From Candidatus Levybacteria bacterium RIFCSPHIGHO2_01_FULL_41_15 (lineage in GTDB: Bacteria > Patescibacteriota > Microgenomatia > Levybacterales > UBA12049), in the NCBI GenBank assembly GCA_001782165.1, contig MFNV01000009.1, forward strand, positions 1-54,122: a stretch of 54,122 nucleotides of DNA, given 5' to 3'. The translations under genes were made by a program, and so were the position numbers. The notes beneath the pieces were generated by a model that searched no databases, was not told where the DNA came from, and saw only the letters and a list, made by a program, of their open reading frames with translations. Positions 1-8,032 of this stretch are shown here, piece after piece; within the stretch, counting starts at the first letter, position 1, and every line of letters starts with the position of its first letter.

Positions 1-220
1 CAACTTGTTCTTTTACATTATCAACGGGAATTTCTTTTCTTTCTTCAGCCAAACATTCAATAGCAAGTTCTATTCCTTTTTTTATGCTTTTGAGGACTTC
101 ATCAATTGTGTCGCCATAGTCGGCAACTCCAAGAGTTGGACAAAAAGCATTGTAAACGGTTTTTTTACCTGTCTTTTCCGGCTCAATAATAATTCTGTAA
201 TTTAAAACTTGTGTTTGCAT
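1..220 (-). CDS. hicB: HicB-family antitoxin (3' end runs off the window)
   Basis: Absent from the ORF track. Manual translation from ATG 220 gives MQTQVLNYRIIIEPEKTGKKTVYNAFCPTLGVADYGDTIDEVLKSIKKGIELAIECLAEERKEIPVD..., a HicB-type N-terminal pattern (Y-x-A-x-C-P-x-L-G...G-D-T-x-D-E). Confidence 0.8.
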   Translation of the reverse strand, partial: MQTQVLNYRIIIEPEKTGKKTVYNAFCPTLGVADYGDTIDEVLKSIKKGIELAIECLAEERKEIPVDNVKEQV

Positions 221-226
221 AAGCTT

Positions 227-255
227 ATTATCTCACTTAAATCTTGCAGTGGCAA
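227..255 (-). promoter_or_regulatory. sigma70-type promoter of hicB, apparently leaderless
   Basis: TTGCCA-17 nt-GATAAT on the minus strand, with ATG 6 nt after the -10. Confidence 0.6.
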
Positions 256-299
256 GGAGAAAAATTTAGAATTCGGATTTGATTAGAAATTTTCAGGGA

Positions 300-608
300 T
301 TACATCTTTATCTCTACATTAACTCCGGCTGGTAGTTCAAGATGAGTCAAAGAGTCGATGGTTTTATCTGTAGGAGACATAATATCTATTAATCGCTTGT
401 GGACTTTAATTTCAAAATGATCTCTGGCATCCTTGTCTATAAAAGGGGACTTGTTGACTGCAAAAACACTTCTTTTTGAGGGAAGAGGGATAGGACCTAC
501 GACCTTTGCTCCTGTTCGTATCGCAGTATCTAAGATCTGCTGACAGCAAAGGTCTATAACTCTTGCATCATAACTTTTTAAACGTACTCGTATTCTTCCC
601 TTAGGCAT
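300..608 (-). CDS. rpsJ: 30S ribosomal protein S10
   Basis: RIRVRLKSYD, GPIPLP, HKRLIDI and LPAGV motifs. Confidence 0.98.
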   Translation of the reverse strand: MPKGRIRVRLKSYDARVIDLCCQQILDTAIRTGAKVVGPIPLPSKRSVFAVNKSPFIDKDARDHFEIKVHKRLIDIMSPTDKTIDSLTHLELPAGVNVEIKM

Positions 609-664
609 AAAAATTAACTAATAACTAAAAGTGTAAAACTAAGAACTATTAAAACCAATGGTCT

Positions 665-693
665 ATTTTACAATATAAAAAGGTGTTATACAA
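665..693 (-). promoter_or_regulatory. probable rpsJ promoter
   Basis: TTGTAT-17 nt-TAAAAT with TG just upstream of the -10. Confidence 0.55.
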
Positions 694-700
694 GGGAGAC

Positions 701-734
701 TAAATTGCTGCATTGTTCAATTGCTAAATTGTTA
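701..734. repeat. degenerate 8-bp-period tandem repeat
   Basis: taaattgc-tgcattgt-tcaattgc-taaattgt. Confidence 0.6.
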
Positions 735-786
735 TGAAGAAAATTTCTTAAAGAAAAAATTATTAAAGGAGTAAATATTGGAAGTT

Positions 787-1104
787 TTAAACTTGATCTC
801 CGGGGTCGGTGACTAATTCACCAATAGGCATGGCGCTAGTAGCTTCTGGGGTTTGTACACCTTGCTCAAAAATTACCCCCGCTTCTGCTAGTTTGCCTTC
901 CAATTCAGTGGGGTAATATAATTTTGCTTCACCGAGACGATCTATGTGTGTTTCAAAAACTATCAACATCGGTGCTTTAGTTACACCAACTGTATATCCG
1001 TTGGTATTAGTATCCAATGCTACCCGGATTATACTATCTTTATTTTTTCGCACTAACGCATGGAAAGCCTGCGTTCGTTCTTTTGACAAATATGCTTCTG
1101 GCAT
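787..1104 (-). CDS. hypothetical protein (accessory, between tuf and rpsJ)
   Basis: 105-aa ATG ORF with protein-like composition, 5 nt downstream of the neighbouring ORF. No family recognised. Confidence 0.65.
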   Translation of the reverse strand: MPEAYLSKERTQAFHALVRKNKDSIIRVALDTNTNGYTVGVTKAPMLIVFETHIDRLGEAKLYYPTELEGKLAEAGVIFEQGVQTPEATSAMPIGELVTDPGDQV

Positions 1105-1109
1105 AATTA

Positions 1110-1397
1110 TTATCCTTTCTCTCCTGTTGAGCCATCGTGTCGGGTATGAGTCACTTTTATTCTAGTTCTTACCGTACGTTCATCTTCTATTTCGACGGTA
1201 TCATTTTCTCCTCTTAGAAACATTCTTATTTTGCCTTTTTCTACGTTTCCTTCTGTTGAAACTGTAAAGTCATTAGTTCGAACCGCAAATACCAAATCCT
1301 GACCGGAGAATTCTACTTCAGTTAAATCAAGGTCGTGACATTCAATATTCGTTTTGATTCCTCCAAGCTCAAATTTCTGCGAACCGCCTATACCCAC
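1110..1397 (-). CDS. hypothetical protein; possibly a pseudogene starting at ATG 1451 with an in-frame TAG at 1404-1406
   Basis: 95-aa GTG ORF. An upstream in-frame ATG gives MAPANIKILRGGEEA*TKVGIGG... Promoter-like TTGACT-18-TATAAT at 1505-1534. Confidence 0.55.
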   Translation of the reverse strand: MGIGGSQKFELGGIKTNIECHDLDLTEVEFSGQDLVFAVRTNDFTVSTEGNVEKGKIRMFLRGENDTVEIEDERTVRTRIKVTHTRHDGSTGEKG

Positions 1398-1540
1398 TTT
1401 CGTCTATGCTTCTTCGCCGCCCCTTAAAATTTTTATGTTTGCCGGTGCCATATATTAAATTAAAATTAAGAATTGAAAATTGAAAATTAATTTAAGGTAG
1501 GTGGATTATAGTAGAGATCTAATCCAAAAGTCAAGGGGAA

Positions 1541-1618
1541 TTGGTTAGTTGGTTAGTTCGCAGTTTGGTTATTCGGGGGTAGCAAACGAAAAACGAAGAA
1601 CTAATAACGAAGCTTCGT
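1541..1618. repeat. degenerate 7/8-bp-period inverted repeat
   Basis: ttggttag-ttggttag-ttcgcagt-ttggttat followed by aacgaaa-aacgaag-aactaat-aacgaag. Confidence 0.55.
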
Positions 1619-1626
1619 AAAATTAT

Positions 1627-1697
1627 GCCCCATCCGATCTTACTGTTCGCCTTTTCAATTCTATTCGAATACGGCTCACAGAGCAATTTCGGAGGGA
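1627..1697. repeat. long imperfect hairpin immediately 3' of tuf
   Basis: ccc(a)tccga pairs with tcggaggg; inner pairings ctgt/acag and gcc/ggc. Confidence 0.5.
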
Positions 1698-2879
1698 CTA
1701 CGCAATAATTTTGGAGATTACTCCTGCTCCGACTGTCTTTCCGCCTTCCCGAACAGCAAATCTTACTCCCTCTTCAAGTGCGACGGGAACAATAAGTTTT
1801 ACTGTCATTTTGGTTGAGTCTCCGGGCATTACCATTTCAACTCCCTTAGGAAGCGTAACTTCTGCAGTCACATCTGTTGTTCTTATATAAAACTGCGGTC
1901 TGTAACCTGTAAAGAATGGCGTGTGGCGTCCGCCTTCTTCTTTGGTAAGGATATAAACTTCTGCCTCAAATTCCTTGTGAGGCGTAATTGAGCCCGGTTT
2001 TACAATAACCTGCCCTCTTTCAACATCATCTTTTTCAATACCCCTTAGAAGTAGTCCTACATTGTCTCCTGCTTGACCTTCATCAAGTTGTTTTCGGAAC
2101 ATCTCAACTCCTGTAACAACCGTTGATTTGGTATCTCTCATCCCTACAATTTCAACAGATTCATTTACTTTTACAACTCCTCTTTCAATTCTTCCGGTTA
2201 CAACAGTTCCCCGACCCTTTATAGAGAAAACATCCTCAACAGGCATAAGGAAAGGCTTGTCAACATCTCTTTTGGGAGTTGGGATATCATTATCAACCGC
2301 ATCCATCAATGCTGAGATTTGTTTTTCTGCTTCCGCATCTCCCTCCAAAGCCTTAAGAGCAGACCCTCGAATAATTGTCACCTTGTCTCCGGGATATTTG
2401 TATTTTGTGAGAAGTTCCCGGACTTCCATTTCGACCAGATCCAGAAGCTCTGCGTCGGAAACCATATCGGTCTTGTTGAGGAAAACTACAATTGCCGGTA
2501 CTCCAACTTGATATGCGAGTAAAATATGTTCTCTTGTCTGGGGCATGGGGCCATCCGGCGCAGAAACTACAAGAATTGCACCATCCATTTGCGCAGCTCC
2601 TGTGATCATATTCTTAATGTAATCTGCGTGTCCCGGAGCATCAATGTGGGCATAATGTCTTTTGTCGGTCTCGTACTCAATGTGGGTAATATTAATGGTA
2701 ACCCCTCTTGCTTTTTCTTCGGGAGCATTGTCAATGTCTTCGTATTTCTTAACCTGCGCTTTGCCCTGTTTTGCCAAAACTGAAGTAATAGCAGCTGTTA
2801 ATGTGGTTTTACCATGATCGACATGGCCAATAGTACCAATATTTACATGCGGTTTTGTTCTTTGAAATTTTTCTGCCAT
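1698..2879 (-). CDS. tuf: elongation factor Tu
   Basis: [17 protein letters not shown] and NKTD motifs; full length. Confidence 0.99.
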   Translation of the reverse strand: MAEKFQRTKPHVNIGTIGHVDHGKTTLTAAITSVLAKQGKAQVKKYEDIDNAPEEKARGVTINITHIEYETDKRHYAHIDAPGHADYIKNMITGAAQMDGAILVVSAPDGPMPQTREHILLAYQVGVPAIVVFLNKTDMVSDAELLDLVEMEVRELLTKYKYPGDKVTIIRGSALKALEGDAEAEKQISALMDAVDNDIPTPKRDVDKPFLMPVEDVFSIKGRGTVVTGRIERGVVKVNESVEIVGMRDTKSTVVTGVEMFRKQLDEGQAGDNVGLLLRGIEKDDVERGQVIVKPGSITPHKEFEAEVYILTKEEGGRHTPFFTGYRPQFYIRTTDVTAEVTLPKGVEMVMPGDSTKMTVKLIVPVALEEGVRFAVREGGKTVGAGVISKIIA

Positions 2880-2934
2880 ATTTTAAAAATTTTTACAAGA
2901 AAAGAATACACCTTAAAGTTTTAGGCTAGAAAGA

Positions 2935-2963
2935 AATATACAATATTTTTACGAGTGCGTCAA
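2935..2963 (-). promoter_or_regulatory. probable tuf promoter
   Basis: TTGACG-17 nt-TATATT with extended TG. Confidence 0.6.
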
Positions 2964-2981
2964 GGGGGAAAATAAAAAATA

Positions 2982-3515
2982 TTAATCTGGGATGTGTAGT
3001 TTGTCTCGAGGAATAGACGCTGCGCCTCGCATTCTTACAAGCACAAAAGCAAAATGTCCATCCGTTGATCCTCTATGCAAAGTGTTTGGGGGAACTGTTG
3101 TAAAATTATTGTTCTCGGTAAGCTCAACTTGTGAAGATCCATCCCCTCCTAAGTGAAGAAACATTTTTCCTCGCAACAGATGGTAATCTTCTTCAATTAC
3201 TACGCCTTCGTGAGGATGTTTATGCGAGGAGGTTTTTTTATTTGGGCCCATAAAATATATAAAAATCCAATCGTCACCAATCGTTCCTTCGTATATGTAC
3301 TCTGCTTCAGAATTAGAATTATCGTGTTGTCTTGATGGAAAAATAAGATCTAAAGTTTCCCCCTCTTTAAGAACGCCAATTGAGTAGAGTCTTTCATGTA
3401 AAACAAAGTGATAATTTGGGACGAACATCGAAAGCTCTTCCTGTGTTAGAAATTGAGGGGCTTGCTTTCCGTCTTCGGGATGAAAGCTAAATCCCCTTTC
3501 TGCCGGTGACAACAT
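2982..3515 (-). CDS. cupin-domain protein
   Basis: Cupin motifs TSSHKHPH...EEDYHLLRG and TVPPNTLHRG. Confidence 0.75.
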   Translation of the reverse strand: MLSPAERGFSFHPEDGKQAPQFLTQEELSMFVPNYHFVLHERLYSIGVLKEGETLDLIFPSRQHDNSNSEAEYIYEGTIGDDWIFIYFMGPNKKTSSHKHPHEGVVIEEDYHLLRGKMFLHLGGDGSSQVELTENNNFTTVPPNTLHRGSTDGHFAFVLVRMRGAASIPRDKLHIPD

Positions 3516-3545
3516 AAGTTACTTAAAAAGATATTATAATAAATT

Positions 3546-3578
3546 CTACTGTGCGGTGGCAACCCCTCTGGCAAAGGT
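3546..3578 (-). repeat. diverged duplicate of the fusA 3' end
   Basis: Encodes TFARGVATAQ* versus fus[10 protein letters not shown] (3894-3923); 23/30 nt identical with one codon gap. Confidence 0.75.
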
Positions 3579-3588
3579 ACAGGGAAAT

Positions 3589-3885
3589 TTATTTTTCTTC
3601 ATCTTTATTTTCATCGTCTTCTCCCAAATTAATTCTAATGGGATCAGGTAAAACAGCTGCTCGCGGCGTATCAGAATTCTTAAACCCCAAAGTAGCTGCC
3701 GTAGTTGCTGCCAAAATGTCATCTCCCGGACAAATCAAAATTCTTAAGCCCATTGCTACAACTGTAAATCCTACTCGTACAATAGAAGGAAAGAATCCTC
3801 TCTTAAGCAAGTATCTTGATTTACCACCGTTTTTCTCTGAGCCAACGGAGTCACTGACTGACATGCACTTCAGTTGTTCACGCAT
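3589..3885 (-). CDS. hypothetical protein lying between the two fusA 3'-end copies
   Basis: 98-aa ATG ORF starting 8 nt after the fusA stop; hydrophobic middle and acidic tail. Confidence 0.6.
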   Translation of the reverse strand: MREQLKCMSVSDSVGSEKNGGKSRYLLKRGFFPSIVRVGFTVVAMGLRILICPGDDILAATTAATLGFKNSDTPRAAVLPDPIRINLGEDDENKDEEK

Positions 3886-3893
3886 ATAACTTA

Positions 3894-6038
3894 TTACTGC
3901 GCGGATACCCTTCCGGTAAAGGTCGACTTGGCAAGCATTTGTTCTACAATATTTTTTGGAACTTCCTCATAATGAGATGGCTCCATGTAATATGATGCGC
4001 GTCCCTGAGACATACTACGCAAGGTTGTTGCATAACCAGATAATTCTGCCAAAGGAACCATTGCCAGAACAATAGTCGCCCTTGCTCTTTCCTCGGTTCC
4101 CAGAATCTGCGCTCTTTTTGCGGACAGATCTCCAATAACATCTCCCATAAATTCTGAGGGCGTTGTTACTTCAACTTTCATAATCGGCTCCAAAAGTGTA
4201 AGCCCTGCCTTTTTGGCTGCCGCCTGAAGCGCCTGGCTTGCGGCAATTTTAAAGGCTATATCTGAAGAATCAACTTCATGATAACTTCCGTCATAAACTG
4301 CAACTTTCATATCAACCATAGGATACCCTAATAAAACTCCGTTCTCCATGGATTCCCTAATACCTTTCTCTACAGATGTAATAAACTCTTTAGGGATTGC
4401 TCCACCTTTTATCGCATCTACAAATTCATAACCCTCTCCCCGAGGCTTTGGTTCAAGACGAAGAAAACAATGGCCGTATTGACCCCGTCCTCCAGATTGA
4501 CGAATATATTTTCCTTCAGCTTGAGTTTCTTTCGTTATTGTTTCTTTATAGGCAACTTGGGGCGCTCCAACATTTGCCAGAACTCCAAACTCTCTTTTCA
4601 TTCGGTCCACCATAATTTCAAGCTGAAGCTCTCCGATTCCCGAAATAATTGTTTGTCCTGTCTCATGATTTGTTTTTATCACAAACGTTGGATCTTCTTC
4701 GGAAAGTCTCTTAAGAGCAAAGCCAAGTTTTTCTTGATCGACTTTGGTCTTTGGCTCAATGGCAAGAGAGATAACAGGTTCCGGGAAAGAAATCTTTTCA
4801 AGAACAATTGGTTTTTTCTCATCACATAGAGTATCTCCCGTTGCCGTATCCTTAATACCGACAAGCGCTACTATTTCTCCTGCAAATGCCTCTTTTATCT
4901 CCTCTCTTGTATTTGCGTGCATAAGAAGAATTCGGCCGACTCTTTCCGTAATATTTTTTGTACTATTATATGTATAAGAACCCGATGTTATTTTTCCCGA
5001 GTAAACTCTAACGTAGGTGAGTTTCCCCACATGAGGATCGATCTGGATCTTAAAGGCAAGACCTGAAAAATGCTCTTCAGGCACAAGTTTTCTAACCTCA
5101 TCTCCATTGGTCTTGGGATTTATGCCATGAACCTCCTTAAGATCAAGAGGGGAAGGAAGAAAGTCCACAACAGCATCAAGAAGGGGTTGAACCCCTTTGT
5201 TCCTAAGAGAGGATCCCGCATAAATTGGAACCAGTTTGTAGTCAATAACTGCCTGTCTTAATGCTCTTCTCAACTCATCCACTGAAGGCTCTTCCCCTCC
5301 CAGGTATTTTTCCAAAAGCTTATCATCTGTTTCTGCAATTTTTTCTATAAGCTTATGGCGGTACTGCTCGGCTTGCTTTTTGAGATCTTCCGGAATTTCA
5401 TCGGATATCTCGAATTTCGCGCCAAGTTGATCCGATCCCCAAATATAAGATTTTCTACTTAAAAGGTCAACTATCCCTTTAAATGTTTGTTCGACTCCGA
5501 TGGGCAAAACCATAATCGCAGGATTTGCACCAAGCCTGTCCTCTATACTTTTGACTGTTGCAAGAAAATCAGCGCCTAACTTGTCCATTTTGTTGATAAA
5601 ACAAATTCTCGGAACTTTATATTTATCCGCCTGTCTCCAAACAGTTTCTGACTGAGATTGAACTCCTTCCTCCGCATCAAGAACTGTTATACCGCCGTCA
5701 AGAACACGAAGAGATCTTTCGACTTCTGCTGTAAAATCAACATGGCCCGGTGTATCTATAATATTTATCCGATAAGGGTCCTCTCGCCCCGCGGAGCTTT
5801 GCGAAGTGTGGGTCCAATAAGTAGTTGTTGCGGCAGAAACAATAGTGATACCGCGCTCTTTCTCCTGCGCCATCCAATCCATTTGAGTAGTTCCCGCATC
5901 GATATCTCCGATTTTGTATGTTTTTCCAGTATAAAAGAGAATACGCTCGGTCGTGGTGGTTTTACCCGCGTCAATATGAGCAATAATTCCAATATTTCTA
6001 ATTTTCTCAAGTGGTACTTGTCTTTTTGTTTCAGCCAT
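3894..6038 (-). CDS. fusA: elongation factor G
   Basis: [17 protein letters not shown] and NKMD motifs. Start placed at ATG 6038 (MAETKRQ). Confidence 0.99.
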   Translation of the reverse strand: MAETKRQVPLEKIRNIGIIAHIDAGKTTTTERILFYTGKTYKIGDIDAGTTQMDWMAQEKERGITIVSAATTTYWTHTSQSSAGREDPYRINIIDTPGHVDFTAEVERSLRVLDGGITVLDAEEGVQSQSETVWRQADKYKVPRICFINKMDKLGADFLATVKSIEDRLGANPAIMVLPIGVEQTFKGIVDLLSRKSYIWGSDQLGAKFEISDEIPEDLKKQAEQYRHKLIEKIAETDDKLLEKYLGGEEPSVDELRRALRQAVIDYKLVPIYAGSSLRNKGVQPLLDAVVDFLPSPLDLKEVHGINPKTNGDEVRKLVPEEHFSGLAFKIQIDPHVGKLTYVRVYSGKITSGSYTYNSTKNITERVGRILLMHANTREEIKEAFAGEIVALVGIKDTATGDTLCDEKKPIVLEKISFPEPVISLAIEPKTKVDQEKLGFALKRLSEEDPTFVIKTNHETGQTIISGIGELQLEIMVDRMKREFGVLANVGAPQVAYKETITKETQAEGKYIRQSGGRGQYGHCFLRLEPKPRGEGYEFVDAIKGGAIPKEFITSVEKGIRESMENGVLLGYPMVDMKVAVYDGSYHEVDSSDIAFKIAASQALQAAAKKAGLTLLEPIMKVEVTTPSEFMGDVIGDLSAKRAQILGTEERARATIVLAMVPLAELSGYATTLRSMSQGRASYYMEPSHYEEVPKNIVEQMLAKSTFTGRVSAQ
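5787..5812. repeat. REP-like hairpin inserted in frame in fusA
   Basis: ccccgcggagctttgcgaagtgtggg encodes part of the extra peptide [12 protein letters not shown] before [11 protein letters not shown]. Confidence 0.55.
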
Positions 6039-6047
6039 AACATAAAA

Positions 6048-6146
6048 AAATTCCAAATCTCAAGCACCAAATCCCAAATAATTTTCTAATTTTCAAAATT
6101 CGAATTTTGAATTTATTTAGAATTTAGGATTTTGGATTTAGAATTT
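6048..6146. repeat. heptamer-period inverted repeat element in the fusA 5' region
   Basis: aaattcc-aaatctc-aagcacc-aaatccc-aaataat ... gaattta-ggatttt-ggattta-gaattt. Confidence 0.8.
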
Positions 6147-6155
6147 ACTATTTGT

Positions 6156-6184
6156 AGTATACCATATTTTCGAAGCTCTGACCA
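6156..6184 (-). promoter_or_regulatory. probable fusA promoter
   Basis: TGGTCA-17 nt-TATACT. Confidence 0.5.
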
Positions 6185-6189
6185 TATAC

Positions 6190-6837
6190 TTAGCGAGGAC
6201 CGAAAATTGTAGCAAAGCGGTTGTCGGGAAGTTTTCTGGATTTTGATTTTCTGTGTGAAAAATAATCAGATGATTCGAAAGTGCAAATTCTTGGATTATA
6301 AATATTTTTCTTTAAAACTTTTAGCCTAGTTAATTCTTTTTCAACTTTTTCCCAAAGATCGATTTCATAATGACATGGTCCAATTGATGGACCAATATTA
6401 ACAACGAGATTTTTGGGATTAATATTAAACTTTTTCTTTAAAGCTTCAATTGTACTCTTGACAATCTTTTTAAGATTGTGTCTTGACACATGAATAAGTC
6501 CAATGGTTTTAGTCTTGGGATCATAAACTGCAATAGGTAAACAGTCTGCTGTTAAAATACTCAAATAAACCTCTTCTCTATTTGAAACTGCCGCATCTGC
6601 TTTTATAACAGTCTTTGTATCTTTTGCACCTCTTCCTAAATCTTTTATTGTTACTGAATAAACTTTATCTTTATGCTGAAGATATAAAACTACAAAATTG
6701 TCTAAATTTAATCCAAATTTTTCTGCAATTTTTTTTCTATTTTTTAATGCTTCTTTTTCTCCCTTAAAGAAAGACATATTCCCATCACCTACTTTTGTCG
6801 TTAGTAAAACTAATGCTGAAAAATCCTCGATTTTCAT
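6190..6837 (-). CDS. pgeF: PgeF/YfiH laccase-domain purine nucleoside phosphorylase family protein
   Basis: TADCLPI, GPSIGPCHYE, ICTFES and FSHR motifs. Confidence 0.9.
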   Translation of the reverse strand: MKIEDFSALVLLTTKVGDGNMSFFKGEKEALKNRKKIAEKFGLNLDNFVVLYLQHKDKVYSVTIKDLGRGAKDTKTVIKADAAVSNREEVYLSILTADCLPIAVYDPKTKTIGLIHVSRHNLKKIVKSTIEALKKKFNINPKNLVVNIGPSIGPCHYEIDLWEKVEKELTRLKVLKKNIYNPRICTFESSDYFSHRKSKSRKLPDNRFATIFGPR

Positions 6838-6877
6838 CCCAGAGATTATATCAAAAGTTAAGTGCTATAATTGTTTT

Positions 6878-7330
6878 ATGAAATTAAAGAAATTGATTAA
6901 GGATTATCTTGAAGAGGCAAAGTTGATGCAACTCTCAACTTGCGTTGATAATCAGCCGTGGGTCTGTCATGTTTGGTTTGCTGCTGATGAAAATTTAAAT
7001 ATTTACTGGTTTTCCTCAACTACAAGGCGGCATTCAAGAGAAGTAATGAAAAATCCAAAAGTTTCTGCTGCAATCGTTCTCCCTCACACTCCGGAAGATA
7101 TTCCGAGAGGACTACAGCTTGAGGGAGATGCGCAGCTTCTTACCGATGAGAAAGATATTCAAAAAGCAAGATCTGTTTATGAAGGACGAATATTTTCAAA
7201 AAAAGTGGTTAATGATTTAATAAAGTCCAAAGACTCACCTCATAAGTTTTATAAAATTAAACCAAGAGCATTTGTACTTTTCGATCTGGTAAACTTCCCG
7301 GAAAATCCCCGACAAGAATTAGAATTCTAA
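6878..7330 (+). CDS. pyridoxamine 5'-phosphate oxidase-like split-barrel protein (YhbP-like)
   Basis: MQLSTCVDNQPWVCHVWF...SSTTRRHS...NPKVS...GLQLEG. Start ATG 6878 follows TATAAT. Confidence 0.85.
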   Translation: MKLKKLIKDYLEEAKLMQLSTCVDNQPWVCHVWFAADENLNIYWFSSTTRRHSREVMKNPKVSAAIVLPHTPEDIPRGLQLEGDAQLLTDEKDIQKARSVYEGRIFSKKVVNDLIKSKDSPHKFYKIKPRAFVLFDLVNFPENPRQELEF

Positions 7331-7331
7331 A

Positions 7332-7361
7332 TTACCACCTGAAGTGGGCGAAGGCGCGGTT
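7332..7361 (-). repeat. diverged duplicate of the rpsG 3' end
   Basis: Encodes NRAFAHFRW* versus rpsG NKAFAHFRW* (8033-8062); 23/30 nt identical. Confidence 0.9.
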
Positions 7362-7392
7362 GACTCTCCAAATTTTTCCTCATGCAAAACTA

Positions 7393-7421
7393 TTGACAGA
7401 CTATAAATCTCTCGTTATGAT
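7393..7421 (+). promoter_or_regulatory. sigma70 promoter of the TrpR-like gene
   Basis: TTGACA (7393-7398), 17 nt, TATGAT (7416-7421). Confidence 0.8.
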
Positions 7422-7449
7422 AAGTCTAATAATCTAAATCATTAGACTT
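7422..7449. repeat. 28-bp palindromic site, copy 1 (operator or dif-like site)
   Basis: AAGTCTAATAA-TCTAAA-TCATTAGACTT. Confidence 0.9.
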
Positions 7450-7456
7450 AATAAAT

Positions 7457-7897
7457 ATGTCTCAGGTTTCGAGAAGAACACTCTCAAAAAACGTGGAAAA
7501 GAAAATGTATTCTATCTTTTTTAATGCATTGGCTCGATTATCAAACCCTTCAGATATTCAAGATTTTATTCTGGATCTTTTAGGACCAGCTGAACAAACA
7601 ATGCTAGCAAAAAGACTTGCAATCGCTGTTCTTCTGGTAAAAGGTTATCAGTATGAAACCATTAAAGATATTCTTAAAGTTTCACAGGAAACTATTGCGA
7701 GAGTAAATATGATGCTCAATTTTAGAGGTAAGGGATACAATATTGCGATTAAAAGAGTGCTTCGAGAGGAAAAGTTAGAAGATTTATTTAAAGTAATCGG
7801 AGATTCAGCCGTTGGAATTCTTCTTGAATCATCTATAAAAAGGTCTCTTAGACGAGAAAGAAAAAGAACAAGGAAACCCAAAACTGCCTTGGGATAA
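7457..7897 (+). CDS. TrpR-like (YerC/YecD-related) helix-turn-helix protein
   Basis: DFILDLLGPAEQTMLAKRLAIAVLL...YETIKDILKVSQETIARV matches the Trp-repressor-like pattern. Confidence 0.88.
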   Translation: MSQVSRRTLSKNVEKKMYSIFFNALARLSNPSDIQDFILDLLGPAEQTMLAKRLAIAVLLVKGYQYETIKDILKVSQETIARVNMMLNFRGKGYNIAIKRVLREEKLEDLFKVIGDSAVGILLESSIKRSLRRERKRTRKPKTALG

Positions 7898-7900
7898 GTT

Positions 7901-7928
7901 TAGTCTAATAATCTAAATTATTAGACTT
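7901..7928. repeat. 28-bp palindromic site, copy 2 (direct repeat of 7422-7449)
   Basis: TAGTCTAATAA-TCTAAA-TTATTAGACTT; 26/28 identical to copy 1; 3 nt after the stop codon. Confidence 0.9.
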
Positions 7929-8032
7929 TATATCGCTATTTATCTACTCAATACCCTTCTAAAAATTCTTCTATCTTTTCTTGTATTTATTAAGTACTAT
8001 GACAGATTGGATTTAAGAAAATACTTTGTGGC

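Noticed and set aside
5-205. 66-aa plus-strand ORF
   Set aside because: Antisense shadow of the HicB-like gene.
735-786. Search for a tuf 3'-end scar in the spacers downstream of tuf
   Set aside because: No convincing match found.
1404-1406. Stop-codon reassignment
   Set aside because: TAG, TGA and TAA all terminate conserved genes here, and Trp is encoded by TGG where checked.
3551-3889. 112-aa plus-strand ORF
   Set aside because: Antisense to the 98-aa ORF, which fits the local orientation and lies neatly between the fusA end copies. The choice is not certain.
5776-5815. gggtcc direct repeat as a target-site duplication of the fusA insert
   Set aside because: The 34-nt spacing is not a multiple of three, so it cannot define a frame-preserving insertion.
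6698-6877. N-terminal extension of the 210-aa ORF
   Set aside because: Overlaps pgeF on the opposite strand; ATG 6878 has a promoter and fits the family length.
7422-7928. CRISPR interpretation of the 28-bp palindromic repeats
   Set aside because: Only two copies, separated by a whole gene, and no cas genes.
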